DNA of 63,796 nt, filler included, from Globobulimina sp. (lineage: Eukaryota), in assembly GCA_003354225.1 (NCBI GenBank). It is 38 parts of 38 records of this genome, joined end to end, with 100 filler letters (N's around TTAATTAATTAA, not from the genome) between each part and the next. Parts side by side here need not be neighbours in the genome. Positions count along the whole stretch, not along the records: positions 47,095 to 48,675 come from PIVH01014549.1; positions 48,776 to 50,356 come from PIVH01014550.1; positions 50,457 to 52,036 come from PIVH01014551.1; positions 52,137 to 53,716 come from PIVH01014552.1; positions 53,817 to 55,396 come from PIVH01014553.1; positions 55,497 to 57,076 come from PIVH01014554.1; positions 57,177 to 58,756 come from PIVH01014555.1; positions 58,857 to 60,436 come from PIVH01014556.1; 30 more parts are not named here. The stretch is one strand, 5' to 3'. The notes beneath the pieces were generated by a model, which saw nothing but the letters and a program-made list of their open reading frames with translations, ran no database searches and was not told the DNA's origin. Position numbers and translations under genes: made by a program. Below, piece by piece: positions 48,301 to 61,997 of this stretch; within the stretch, counting starts at the first letter, position 1; each line of letters opens with the position of its first letter.

Positions 48301-49096
48301 TTTCTTTGTGTTAAATGCTCTTACTTTTATATTTTTATTTTATTTATATATTACATATTATTTAGGAGTAGTATGTGAAACACGCGATTTCCATTTACAT
48401 TTATTTCGTCACTGCACCAACAATGACATAAATGCAGGGTAAATCCAACCATTTTATTTGATGCTATCCACAACAATGGATTAAATGGGATGTACTGTCT
48501 CAACATTCTCAAACACTTCAAACTCGCGACCAGCAAGAAATAAATGAGAAATAACAACACATCAAAGATAACTACGCAAAACCACTTATTTACGCAATGG
48601 AGAAAAAGAGGAGAAATGCCATCCAACATAACACGCACAATGTTAAGGAACAACAAATAACATATTTTTGACATANNNNNNNNNNNNNNNNNNNNNNNNN
48701 NNNNNNNNNNNNNNNNNNNTTAATTAATTAANNNNNNNNNNNNNNNNNNNNNNNNNNNNNNNNNNNNNNNNNNNNGATTTGCTAACAACAAATGTGACTT
48801 ATTAGCTCTCGTTATGTCTTGGTTTTTTCTATCATTTTCTGTTTAAAATTGTGCAAGGATAATTCAGCAAAAACTCTCTGTTGCAAGGATATCTAGCAGA
48901 TTACGCATTGAATCCGTATTAAAAGGAGATCGATCTGTATTTGTTTCAAATTTACATAGCAAATTACTTGCAATTATTGCACGGTGCAGTCGCATTACTA
49001 AAGCTGGGAAAAAATACATTTTTAATTCAGAAGCAAGTCATGCATCAAATTTGTTAAATTAAAACAATGCTCAAAATGAATAAAAGTTAAAATAAG

Positions 49097-50031
49097 TTAT
49101 GCATATCGCAATATCAAATGTACGCCAGAGTCAGTATGAACAGGTTTTGATAATTGACCAATAGCTAACTCAAACGCAGCATTCTCAAATGGTTTTTGCA
49201 TTCTCCCCCTACCAAATGCTCCTAAATCACCCCCTCTTTTATACGAATTGCAATCCGACTCACTCTTTGCTAATTGCATAAATTTATTCAATATCAACTC
49301 ATTATCCTCCTTCTCCACATTGCCATTATTCTTGTTTTCAATGCATTCCATGACATCTTTCCTATATTTTTCTAGCAATGTGACCGCCTCTTCTTTGCTC
49401 CTTGTAATCGATTCACATTTCCATGACTGCGGTCGCCGCGATTCAATGTGTTTCACCAACAAATGTCTGCAAGATACCTTATCAATTTTCGCCTTTTTTG
49501 CTGCTCTCTCACCTTATTTGTTGCGCCAATATTTTGTATTCGGTGCAAGGATACTCAATGGAACAAACCGTTTGTTTCATCGACGTCTAACTTTCTTTTT
49601 TTCGACAATGATTTGGGTTTATTGTTGATATGGTTATTATCCTCAGCGTCTAAATCTAATTTAACAACATATTCACGTGTGGATGCTCCAAATTTAACAC
49701 TATAGCCATCACGCAATGGTTCGCGTTTCCTTTTTTTTAATCGAATGGAATTCACAAATGTGCCATGCGAGGAACCCAAATCCATTACATATAGGTTGCC
49801 CGATGAGCCATGCCCCATTAAGGCATGTCTGCGAGATATGGACGGATGCTCCAATTTAATGTCAGTCATTGCGGCATTACGACCAAATAATACATAGGGT
49901 TTGGCGCCAATTTCGGTGATGGTTTGTATTCGTTTTCCATCTTTCATTACTTTTAAACCACAATTTTCTAGTTTGGGTTTTACGATCCATGGTGGAGGCG
50001 TGAAGTTGTCGGTGGCTTTGTTGGTTGTCAT
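49097..50031 (-). CDS. FHA-domain parvulin (Pin1-type PPIase); intron 49513-49568
   Basis: FHA motifs FGR, HPSISRRHA, DLGSSHGTFVN; a 56-nt intron joins in frame to CRHLLVKH..SRRP..ITRSKEEA..SDC..GGDLG..MQKPFE..SGVHLI. Confidence 0.93.
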
Positions 50032-50505
50032 TGTTAAAATGGTCTTCTACTAAATGCAAAATTTTCTTCAAAACTTTATGAAATCAATTTTTGGGCTCAG
50101 ATCAGTTTTTATAACGACGTGGATTTCCTCTGTCCCGACTATGCCGAGTACTATCCTTTCGAGTTTCCAATTTTTTTCTTTTTTCCACACATTTTTTTTT
50201 TTTATCTTTTACTTTTTGGTAATGACAACATTTTCACAATCTTGTTCGAATTGAAAAATTATCAAATATAAACAAATCTTTAAGAGCATCCGGTTTTCAG
50301 CGTCAGATTTTTACTGGGGTAAGGTAGATGCAAACCGTTTCTGGTGACTGACAAAGNNNNNNNNNNNNNNNNNNNNNNNNNNNNNNNNNNNNNNNNNNNN
50401 TTAATTAATTAANNNNNNNNNNNNNNNNNNNNNNNNNNNNNNNNNNNNNNNNNNNNTATCGTTGTTAAATAATTACATTCGAACAGATAGTAATATTTTA
50501 ACATA

Positions 50506-51054
50506 TTGTTCAGTATTCTACAACGTACTCTTAGCACAGATCTCTGCACAAATGACAATTATACAACTTATGATCCCGATGCAGTTTATTGCGAAAACGA
50601 TGCTGACATTGCAGTTGCTTATAAGCATCTTGTCAAGCAATCCCATGCATTATGGCAATGTCAATGGTGGACCCAAGGGGTAGCACCGGGAGCACCTCTT
50701 TTGAGGGCAGGTGTATGGTTATTAAACAAGGAATGTATTCACAATGATTCAGATATCTGCTGGCAATATCGAGATGAATATAGGTATACAATATTTGAGG
50801 CTGCAAGAACTTATTGTCACGTTGGTACTGAATATGTGAAATATAATAATTCAATATATATGTGCCTGTATTCTACGCAAGGGACTATCCCCAATGTTGA
50901 TGATGTGTGGTTAGTGAAAAAGAACTGTAATCCCAAAAATACAGGTTATTATAGTACAGATAAAACAGATGGTATCGTCATAGCATCACCAAAAATAATA
51001 GTAACAATTTTAATATTGGTCACAAGCTTTATAATTATATTATCTCTATTTTAA
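50506..51054 (+). CDS. Surface protein C-terminus with two CBM5/12 (chitin-binding type 3)-like modules and a hydrophobic/GPI-like tail
   Basis: WQCQWWTQGVAPG...GVW and VKYNNSIYMCLYSTQGTIP...VW; hydrophobic C-terminal end. Confidence 0.65.
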   Translation: MFSILQRTLSTDLCTNDNYTTYDPDAVYCENDADIAVAYKHLVKQSHALWQCQWWTQGVAPGAPLLRAGVWLLNKECIHNDSDICWQYRDEYRYTIFEAARTYCHVGTEYVKYNNSIYMCLYSTQGTIPNVDDVWLVKKNCNPKNTGYYSTDKTDGIVIASPKIIVTILILVTSFIIILSLF

Positions 51055-51339
51055 CTCAGTGTTTCTCTTCACATTTATATTTTTTTTGTTTGCCCGATTT
51101 TCAATTAATTAATTTTATTTTAGAACAGTACGTTTTTGAGATGTACCAATGTACAGTGCGAGGATAATTTATGCATTAACAACAATGATTTTATAGTGTC
51201 ACCGCTCGGTCTGGATTCGTGACAGATTTCCCGACAAAGGATTTTACCCACTTGCTTTGTATTTTGTAGTAGAGGTTTTTAATAAAAAAACAAATCACAA
51301 ACACAGCTGATATACTCACCTGGCATATATTGGCAATGC

Positions 51340-52036
51340 ATGGAGTCATTTCAGTTCATAAACCTGCAGCAATTAGTAGATATGCCACCAAATCAAGCAA
51401 GACAACCAATACGCTCCATTCCATACAACAATGTTGTAAATAATAATCATATGTTTGTGATAACAATGCCTACAAATTCTAGATCTAATCCAATGCAATT
51501 TCAGTCACTACAACCCATTCAACAAATAATGCCACAACCAATATCACAAATATATAATGCCCAAAACATCTTAAACAATGTCAAACAATGCCAAACAACA
51601 TCGAACAATAATGCTCTTGTGCTAAATCAACCGTTTTTACCACAACCAACACATACGTCACCTAATATTATCAATGACATTGATATCAACAATATCATAT
51701 CATCACTGTCTACGGCACCACCTCGCAATAACATGAATAACATTATTCCCACTCATCATATTATAAATTCTATCAATATTCCGCCACCTATTAATATTAC
51801 GCCTGATTATAACAACCAGATTCCTCAACAGATCGTGAAACCATCCATAATAAATTTAAATGAACATTACAATGGTGATACCATACAAAAATCTGAAAAT
51901 GAAACTAACAAATGGCCACAATGTAGTTTTTGTGGAAAAAGGTACGTACATTTACTACATTATACGTATATTTGCGAGCATATAAATTTTCTTTTTTGTG
52001 TATATGCAGATTTGCGAGAAAATCAAATTTAAAACA
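51340..52036 (+). CDS. C2H2 zinc-finger transcription factor, 3' partial; intron 51942-52009
   Basis: N/Q/P-rich N-terminus; splicing gives PQCSFCGKR|FARKSNLK. Confidence 0.8.
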
Positions 52037-52136
52037 NNNNNNNNNNNNNNNNNNNNNNNNNNNNNNNNNNNNNNNNNNNNTTAATTAATTAANNNNNNNN
52101 NNNNNNNNNNNNNNNNNNNNNNNNNNNNNNNNNNNN

Positions 52137-53555
52137 CCACTGTTTCCATTCTTCAATGTCATTATTTATATTCCTATTTTTTTCCAACAATGTATTACCT
52201 TTTGAAGCAATATCAATATCACGTCGTAACGCAGCAACACAAACAGCTGCACCAATTCCAGAGCCATCTTCAGCATGAACCATATTTATATTATTCACAA
52301 TTTCCTCTCCTACCAATTTCCGCATGGTATCTTTTAGCCTTTCTGCATATTTTGGCATTTTCAAATAAACAGAACCATCAACACCAATAATTATACGCTT
52401 ACTTGTGTCATATTTAATCTTTTCTAATATTCCTAACACCAAAGTACTCACCAAATCAGCGCTTCGATTTACAATCAATTCACAAATGGCACCAAATATT
52501 TTACAATCATTCTCATTAAACGACTTTGACAAACCATATCCATCAGTTTTCATAATTTCATTCGACATTCCATAATAATCACCTTTATAATGATAACTTA
52601 ACACCTTTCCAACTTCAACAGCTGTAAACTCGCCAAACTTATCCAACATAATCGATTGTTTATTGATCATATCGCCAAATATCTGCACAAATATTAATCG
52701 TATAATCTCCGATATGTACATACCAGATATCATTTTTTCAGTATACTCTTCGCCACAATTTGTGGTATATGAGTCCATTAAAATATCGGTTGCTTTAATC
52801 CTTGGCAAATACTTACAATCTCCATCAAAATAACACCACTCTGTATTTATAATCTCGTCATTCATTTCAGGTTCAATGTACGCCGCATTTGTTCCAGTAC
52901 CTACAATTAGGGAAATTTTACTATCTCTTCCATTATAATAGGAACATGACAGCAATGTACCAACAGTATCATTACAGATTGCTTTTATTCTTGCGGGAAT
53001 ATTAAATTTGTGAAAGGAATTATGCATCAAAGTTACAATATCTTTGCCGATCACATCGTCCATTTTAAAACCTTTGTCCCATACAAGCAATATGCCTTCA
53101 TCTAATTTCTTGATATCCAAAGCGAACGAAAATGTGAATCCCACATCAAAACATTTATTCGTTGAATGTGATTCGTTGAATGTTTTCATATAATTTTTGA
53201 ATGAAAGGGCTACAAAATCAAATAATTCGGATGCATCGGAGCATTGTTTATATTTTGATGGTATTTTATATGAAAGTGAATCAATTTTTGGAGCTTTATT
53301 TTCCTTTCCATATAATTGCATTCTAATGATTCTACAGTTAGTTCCGCCCCAATCAATGGCATAAAATATCCCCTTTTCTGTCCCATTTGGTATTGATGTC
53401 ACTCGAGAAGGTAACATTTTGCATGAAGAACTCTGTCCGTTTGATGACAAACCAGTTTTCATATCATCAACAAATCCATTGCGAATTCTATGCAATTGTG
53501 GCAGAGAAAAAATATATTGGGATCTGATATTTTCGAACTTGATTGAAGCTGACAT
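52137..53555 (-). CDS. HXK: Hexokinase, 3' partial
   Basis: AIDWGGTNCR, GFTFSF, NDTVGTL, GTGTNAAY, INTEW, EKMISGMY, DGSVY, EDGSGIGAA. Confidence 0.97.
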
Positions 53556-54267
53556 TATTAAAAATACTAAGTTATTAAAAATACTATACTAAAAAACAAC
53601 ATCACTTCTGACATTATCTCAACATTTAGCAACTAGGATGAAACCCTGTGATCCATGCTATTGGTTATTTTCGTTTTCAACAAGTACGTATTTTATCCAT
53701 TCTTTTCCAACACCATNNNNNNNNNNNNNNNNNNNNNNNNNNNNNNNNNNNNNNNNNNNNTTAATTAATTAANNNNNNNNNNNNNNNNNNNNNNNNNNNN
53801 NNNNNNNNNNNNNNNNTTTTTGATAGTTTGATAATTTTTTATGATCAGCTTTAACTATCATAACTGTAACTTTCTTTAAAAATATCCTTAATTATCATAA
53901 TGACTCATACAAACTGACAAAATTAATATATTAATTTACCGCACTGTGTTAAAAGTTGTCTAGCTTTATTGTTGCAAAAGCGCACAAAAACATTTTTTCT
54001 TATTTGAGCGAAAAAAGTGTTCTTTACCAAGTGATCCTTGCACCAAGTCATCCTTTTTTGTGTTGTGTTGCATATATTATTTAAAACAGCTTTTTGTTTT
54101 TTGATGTTTTTTAAGAAAAAGTCCGATATGGATAAGAATTGTTATCATTTTATATGAAATAGAATGTAAATTTAAATGTAAATATTACCCGAAATAAGCA
54201 ATATAAAAAAATGCGCAGTCACAATAAAATAAGTTTTTTTTCAACACCAACCAAAAAAATGTATGTC

Positions 54268-55081
54268 CTATTCTGGTTTATAATGTTTTCCATAAACTGG
54301 CCTTTTATCAACAGATTTTTGATGATCACTACTTTCCGTTTCAGCCCAATGACGATCTTTTTGATGATTCCATTTATTATTACATAAATCTGGCACAGCG
54401 ATTGGTTGACAAATACAATGATAACCAGTACGAACGCAATATGTTCCTTTTGTTAATTCGACATTGCCATAAATCATAACACCAAAAAGAGTTTGATATC
54501 CTGCCGACACCTTCGCTTCCCAATACCAGCCAGCTTTAAGAAATTCAAATTTATGTTTTGGAGTTATTGCTTTGGTAAAATATACGGGAGCGGAATTATT
54601 GCAACATCCATTGAACATAATATAAAGTCCTTCAATCACATTTGTATTATCATCCTTGCCATCCATTACATCATATTTACTATTATCGACCATGCTTTCT
54701 CTACAAACTCCTAATTCTATGCATATATATATATTGAGAAACATATGGATTACTTATTAATTGAGAAACATACCCCAAACATCCACAACGTAGGTAAATA
54801 CTGTTGCGTCCAAATCAGGATCGAAATCCACTTCACCCAATGATATTTGCCAGGTTTTTGTTGATGGATCACATGATTCAAAGCAATCATCGATATTAAA
54901 TGGGTCTGGTTCATAACATAACGGTGCTAAATCTGCTAAATCTATCATCAACAATGAAGGTTTGTGTTTGCGAAATTAAATCAAATTAAAAGCAAACTGA
55001 ATGCAAACCTAATAATTTCTTTTCATCTGCAAATGTGGCTACAATGCACCATAAAATCAATAAAATTAATGCTAAATACAT
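54268..55081 (-). CDS. Secreted Cys-containing hypothetical protein, about three exons
   Basis: Signal-peptide-like MYLALILLILWCIVATFA; two downstream ORFs separated by short GT-AG segments. Confidence 0.6.
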
Positions 55082-55497
55082 TAGTTGTTTGTTGTTGTAT
55101 TACTGTTTAGGTTTGTGGAGCAATTTAACTATGGAGAAAGGTTAAGTTTTTTTACAGTGATCTTAAGTTTTTCAAAAACACATTTTTAGCATGGTTGTTT
55201 CTTGTTTGCTCATCATTTATTTATCAGTAGTATTGTCTGAAAAATGTGATTCCCAATGGAGACATGCGGTGAATTTCGATGCTGATGCAAACATTAACAG
55301 ATGAAAAAATTAAAATTGTTTACAAGAATTTGTGTTCGATCTCAACCTCAATCCATACGCACGGTCTTCAATATGACAAAACCTCCGAAGGGGCACNNNN
55401 NNNNNNNNNNNNNNNNNNNNNNNNNNNNNNNNNNNNNNNNTTAATTAATTAANNNNNNNNNNNNNNNNNNNNNNNNNNNNNNNNNNNNNNNNNNNNT

Positions 55498-56460
55498 AAT
55501 TTGGACGTGTCACAGTTATTTATGGTGAATCAGTCTGCGACTGTCGAGAGCATAAAAGCCATGGCTCAGAAGTCATTGACTGAGATAACTAAACTGATTG
55601 AGGATGGCATCAAGGAGCAAGCGGATATTTTGGAGAAGATATCGAATCAGAATGAGATCTTTGTGGCGAGCAAACAAAATGATCCGTCGCAGACGCAACG
55701 GGAGCAAATGATACATGTTTTGAATGAGACTTGCGTCAAATTTAAGGATAACGAACGACATTTAAAGGAAGGCTTGAAGTTTTATGGCGATTTGATGGCA
55801 GATTATTTGTTGCCTTTAAAGGACGAGATTGATAATTATTGCGCTGCGAGAGAGGCGGAGAGAGATTTATTATTAGCGGATTTAGGACAAAATGTACAGA
55901 AATTAGCCATTGACACCACCGGCACTGGGAAGGCACCACAACAACAACAGGGACAGGCACAGAGTGAGGAATACAAAGATGAGCCACCAAAGGAAGCACC
56001 AAAACAAGTACAGTATAATCCAAATTATCCGCCTGCTCAAGGATATAATCCATATTATTCACAACAACAACAACAAAAACCACCGCAAGCACAGGCACCA
56101 CCACAGCAACAAGGTGGATATCAGCAGCCGCCACCTCAAGGATATCAGCAAGCGGCTGTACCACCTCATGGGTATCAACAACAACAACAGCCACCACAGG
56201 GATATCAGCAATATCCTCCGCAAGGATATCAACAACGGCCACCTCCGCAAGGGTATCAACAACAAGCACCGCCACAAGGGTATCAGCAGCAATATCCACC
56301 GCAACAGTTTCAACAGCCACCACAGCAATATCAATATGGACAGCCGCCGCCCCAACAAGGATATAATCCAAATTATCAAGCACCACAACAAGGTTATAAT
56401 CCAAACTATCAACCTCCGAATAATAATAATAATAATAATCCATCTGCACCACCTCAATAA
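55498..56460 (+). CDS. PDCD6IP: ALIX/Bro1-family protein, end of V domain plus P/Q/Y-rich tail, 5' partial
   Basis: [11 protein letters not shown]...[20 protein letters not shown] repeats; PSAP motif at 56440-56451. Confidence 0.88.
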   Translation, partial: NLDVSQLFMVNQSATVESIKAMAQKSLTEITKLIEDGIKEQADILEKISNQNEIFVASKQNDPSQTQREQMIHVLNETCVKFKDNERHLKEGLKFYGDLMADYLLPLKDEIDNYCAAREAERDLLLADLGQNVQKLAIDTTGTGKAPQQQQGQAQSEEYKDEPPKEAPKQVQYNPNYPPAQGYNPYYSQQQQQKPPQAQAPPQQQGGYQQPPPQGYQQAAVPPHGYQQQQQPPQGYQQYPPQGYQQRPPPQGYQQQAPPQGYQQQYPPQQFQQPPQQYQYGQPPPQQGYNPNYQAPQQGYNPNYQPPNNNNNNNPSAPPQ

Positions 56461-57178
56461 ACATTTATAATATGAGTTTTATAATAGTTGTTTTTTGTTT
56501 TTTGTTTAGTTTTTCTTGTAAGATGTTATGAATGATCGTCATTATGTTTTTTTTCAAGTAATTATTTTAATTATCAGATCCCTCTCACTAGTCAGATGAC
56601 ATATGTTCACGTTCTCTAGTAATTATTTTGAGTGTCAAACGTATATGATACAAATCTTGATTTATTAGTGTTTTGAAGAAGCTAGAAGAAGAAGAAGAAG
56701 AAGAACATCTTGTTTTTTTTCTGTTAAACAGCTACAGTGCAAGGATATACAAACAGTTTTGTAATAGCTCCTAAAAATTAATTTGTGCAAGGATAACAAT
56801 AAAAAAAACACACACAATGCAACAATGATGGTAGTATATGGTATATAAGCATTCCCTATTTAAAATTAATAGGTTCATCAATCAACACAAAATACACATA
56901 TAATTTATTAATTAATTGTTTTTTTTGAAATCTAGTGGGGCTCATACTAAAATTTCAATGATTTAATATTTGCCAACGATTAATACATTGAATCATCTGC
57001 AGCGTTCCTTGCAACTCTCCAACAAACAGCACTGTGTAGCGATTTTGCGTATTGTATACCAAATAAATAATGCATANNNNNNNNNNNNNNNNNNNNNNNN
57101 NNNNNNNNNNNNNNNNNNNNTTAATTAATTAANNNNNNNNNNNNNNNNNNNNNNNNNNNNNNNNNNNNNNNNNNNNGC

Positions 57179-58756
57179 AAATACACCGCAGATATTATTG
57201 CATGGAATGCTATGATGAATGGCTATATTTGCAATGATAAATGCAACAAAGCATTGAACCTATTCAATGAAATAAATGATATAAATGATATAAAACCAAA
57301 CATAACATCGTATATAATAATATTGAAAGCATGCTCCAAAATCAACTCATTAAAAAATGGCAAAAAAATACACAAATTACTATTATTACCGTACAATTAT
57401 AATATCTTAAATTCAATTCAAGTTCAAAATTCCTTGATTAATATGTATGGAAACTGTAATGATTTAAAAAACGCCAAGAAATTGTATAAGAAATTAAAAC
57501 AAAGGAATGTTCATGACACCATTAGCTACGGTATAATGATGAAGTTGTATTTAAACACAAACGCCAACAATAAAGTAGTTCAATTATTTGATGAATTAAT
57601 CAGAAAACATAAAAATAAACCAAATGGTACAATTTTCTTAAATGTTTTAAAAGCATGTTCAATGGATCCGGATATTAAAAAAGGTAAAGAAATCCATACA
57701 TTATTAATCACAGATTATTCAGATCCAAACATATTTAATATGCCCGTTAAAAATGCATTGATTACATTTTATGGCAAATGTGGCGATATATTTAATGCAG
57801 AAATGGTATATCATAAATTAGAGAAATCAGATATTATCTCATTGAATGCAATGTTGACGGCCTATTTTGACAATAATCAAAACGAAAAAGCATTGGAACT
57901 ATATAGAAACAACACATTTAACTTGAATCAATTGACACCAGTCACATTTATCAATGCATTAAAATCAGCCATCAAATTAAAATCATTATTTTATGGCAAG
58001 ATTATTCATCAAAATATGATTGATGCGAAAAATCCGAAAATTTCCGAAAACATTAAAATAAAGTCATTGCTAATTGATTTATATGGGAAATCTGGTGATA
58101 TTAATACAGCAAATCGTATATATAATGATGATATAGATATAGATATAATAAATTGTACAATGAATGTACTGATTGAAAATAATTATAATAACGATGCGTT
58201 GAAACTATTTCAAGATAAAATAATTGTAAATAAAATCCAAAATATAGTTTCATATTCGATTGCAATTAAAGCATGCACAAATATTATGTCATTGGAAAAA
58301 GGAAAAGAAATCCATGCAATGATTGCAAACAATGATAATGCGATATTATCAAATATTGAAATTCAGAATAATTTGCTAAATTTTTATGGAAAATGTGGTG
58401 ACATACAAAGTGCTGAAATAATATGGAGTAAAATGGATAAACTGAATGCAAATATTATTTGTTGGAACACTATGATGAATATTTATGTTCAACATAATGA
58501 CATACAAAACCTATTCAAACTATACTACGAATTGCAATTAAACCGTAATCATGAGATGAATGAAAAAACGTATTCCATTGTAATCAAAGGTTGTATAAAT
58601 TGTTCAGATGTGATTGGAATGGATAAAATTAAAGAGATTCATAGGAATATTATATGCAGTTCAAATGAGAATGTTTTTGATCACATTCAATTAAAATCAT
58701 TGTTAATTAAATTATACGCTAAATATGGTGACTTTGAGAGTGCCAAAGAAATATGG
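57179..58756 (+). CDS. Pentatricopeptide-repeat protein, PLS-like, partial at both ends
   Basis: Repeating triad WN-x-MM..Y / LKAC...GK-x-IH / N-x-LI-x-x-YGKCGD..A, about five times. Confidence 0.92.
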
Positions 58757-58856
58757 NNNNNNNNNNNNNNNNNNNNNNNNNNNNNNNNNNNNNNNNNNNN
58801 TTAATTAATTAANNNNNNNNNNNNNNNNNNNNNNNNNNNNNNNNNNNNNNNNNNNN

Positions 58857-59432
58857 TATTGCAAGACAGGCTGGGTCTGGAACACAAAAATTATCCGGAG
58901 CCAATGTTACATCGTCACAACAACAATTATCCCATGTCACACAGTCACAGCAAGTCGGGGGAATGCTGCAAGTGACAGACATGGAGTAGACACCGTGATC
59001 ACTATAAGCAAGCTCGCCAGCAGAATAACCTCCAATTCCTAATACATAATCGCCACTACTCACAGAAAGCACTGGTAATTGGGCTCTGTTCCCACATGAT
59101 CCACAATCATCACATTCAGCAATTGGAGTTCCATTCAGTTCATTAAAATAAAGATATGTATCATAGCCAGAACCACATGAATCGAATAAGACGGATACAA
59201 TATATGGAGGTGTTGTAAATCTATAATAATGAATGCGTTGGGATGCTGTGGTTGAACCTGTGACTGAATCTCCACAAAATAATGTGCCTTCCAATTGTAC
59301 TGAAGTGCTTGTTGTTGGTTGGCTGGTCGGTTGGCTTGGTTCAGATGTGGTTAATTCAAGTGTTGGTGTTACTGAACCAACATAACAACGCAATACCATT
59401 AAAACATACATCACTTGTCTGTAAACAGCCAT
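58857..59432 (-). CDS. Secreted protein with PPC-like beta-sandwich domain and Cys-rich region, 3' partial
   Basis: Signal peptide, T/S/P linker, DSCGSGYDTYLY...DD...GDYVLGIGGY. Confidence 0.6.
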
Positions 59433-59616
59433 GTTTCTGTTTCAAGCTAAGTGTATTTTCGAAGGGAAGTTTTTTTGTAGCAATACATTTATATTCAGTT
59501 CTCTTCTTCTTTGTTTTATGATTTCTGACTCGTCTGGTTGCCCGGTAAAGGAATTTCTGAGTTTAGTGGATAATTTCTGTACAAACGAACATATAAATAA
59601 CAATACAACGGCACTG

Positions 59617-60436
59617 TTACATCAACAGTGGATAAAAATGCATAATAAGCTCACTTATATCAATTGGAATAATTACCTCATATTTCTCCTCAAATCTTTT
59701 AATAAATTTGGCAACCGAAATCCGATAAAAATAATTATAATATAAATTATACAATTCTGTTGGAATTAAATCATTTAACAATACTTTTGTATGAGATTTA
59801 TGTCCGCCAACACTGATTGAATGTAAATAATTATCCCTCGCTACGACAGTATATGGATACTCCCCTTTATAGCAATAAGGGGAATATTTCAATGCACATT
59901 TAAACCATTGCTTTGACACTAAATCCAAACACCACATTTCCTGCCCACAATTTGCCATATAATAAAATACAAACAACAATGTATTAAACGCTAAGTGATA
60001 ACTCCAATCTGTGTCATCTCTCTTTTTTTGATGCGGTAACTTCAATGGATACGAATCCCATACAAATGTATAATCCGTCGGACACAAATCCATGGTCCAA
60101 ATATTGCCTCCATCCAATACCATCAATTTATGCATGGCGGCAATGTATAATAATTTATCAAACGGTATCGGAAACAGTTTATTTTCCTTATTATGAATTA
60201 TATCTTCATTCATCAGTATAATAAATGAATGTTTCTGTTCATCATATTTAATTTTCATTAATTTTAACACCAAATTCTTGTCATAATCCTCCATTGCTTG
60301 GTATTGTTTGATTTGACATTGGATTGCTTTTAACCGTCTGCTCAGTGCTGCTGTCAATAAATTATCGTATGACTGCTGGCTCATTCCCAATGAATTTAGA
60401 TCGGAATTTAATAAAAATCTTAAATGTAAACATGAT
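59617..60436 (-). CDS. Hypothetical protein, 5' partial, with kelch-like C-terminal segments
   Basis: Open frame; MWCLDLVSKQWFK and YLHSISVGG resemble kelch blades. Confidence 0.55.
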
Positions 60437-60997
60437 NNNNNNNNNNNNNNNNNNNNNNNNNNNNNNNNNNNNNNNNNNNNTTAATTAATTAANNNNNNNN
60501 NNNNNNNNNNNNNNNNNNNNNNNNNNNNNNNNNNNNGAAGTCACTGATTTAAAGAAATTAACAGAAAATATTAATTATGCCTTGAGAATTATTACATATA
60601 TCATCCGCGAGAAACAACTATTAATGTCGGTACCTAAGCAACAATACATAGTATGGAACAAAATGAAGAAAATCCCTACAAATTATAACCATACTGAGAA
60701 ATATTTGGATATCAAAATGATGACTGACTTATCCAATGAATTTGAACCAAAAAATATACCATAAAGCGAAGAATTCAGTTTTGAAAATCATGACAAATTT
60801 TGGTAACTCTGTCGTTATCAAAGCATTTTGGATACAACAATTGTTTAAATCCCTCATTATACCAAAAATGTATGGAATTGAACTATGGGGGTCGTCCACA
60901 TAAAAAATCCGATCCAAAATAAAAGCGCTATATAATGATATGATCAGATCCAGCAACGGCGACAGTGATAACTCATCGCCGCTACATATTCTTGAAA

Positions 60998-61061
60998 TGC
61001 AAATTAAATGGCACAATTTCGAAGATTGTGCAAATTAAATGGCACAATTTCGAAGATTGTG
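60998..61061. repeat. 31-bp tandem duplication inside the retroelement
   Basis: TGCAAATTAAATGGCACAATTTCGAAGATTG occurs twice head to tail. Confidence 0.95.
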
Positions 61062-61997
61062 TAACCAACCACTAACATCCTATCATCACACATCGAGGAA
61101 AAACATTGGCAGAATTGGATAAAAAAACGCCAAAACGATCAAACAAATTATAGCATTAAATCGAAGAGAGCGACCGAAGAAACGGAACTGAAATGCGAAG
61201 GAATTGCAATCAACGATATTGAAATCATTGGCGCCATCAAACGAAAGAATTTAGAGAATACATCATGGAATTTTGCTATCAATACAAACAAAGATGAATC
61301 ATTCAAAATGACGAAGACAAATAATATAAAAACAAAGAACTATTCAATGAAACAAGGCCTATTCAACACAATATTCAATTCGGCAGTATCCCTTTTATCG
61401 ACAGATTACAAATTTATGAAAAACATCAAATTTAGCGAGATTCCAAAATCCATAGCATCTTATCATGCTCCGTTAAGCATACCACACAATCTGCAGCCAC
61501 ATATATATGATAACGATAAAAAAGTCATCGATTTTAGTCAAGATTGGCTAAAACAATTATTATGTGACAACCAAATTAGTCCAACATCACTACAGTTGGG
61601 CTTTACTGATGGCTCAAATAAAAATCAATACGGAGGATCTGGCTTATTCTCCTGCTCTGCGGAATATTACTTACATAAATTATCATATGATCAAATAATA
61701 CAACGCAAATTCGTAGATCCCGATAGAGAGAAAAATCACAACACAATCTCCAACTATTTCTACCATGCGAGATCAGTAAGTATACGATCAAGCATCGACC
61801 ATTGCGAACTTGATGGAGTCGACCTGGTTTTGGACGACTTTGATTATTATATCAAAATGATTGAGCAAAACGATCCAAATCAAATTCCTAAACACATTAT
61901 GCTATTAGGAGAACAATTGATGGACATAATAAATGCTTTACGCCTCGGCCTTACACTCCTTACGTTCGCCGACGATAACAACCTATTAACAAATGGT

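Noticed and set aside
25798-56460. ESCRT/ubiquitin gene cluster (SNF8, USPs, ALIX)
   Set aside because: Separate contigs ordered by length; co-occurrence is chance
55742-56470. Long overlapping alternative-frame and antisense ORFs over the ALIX tail
   Set aside because: Shadows of CAA/CCA-rich low-complexity codons
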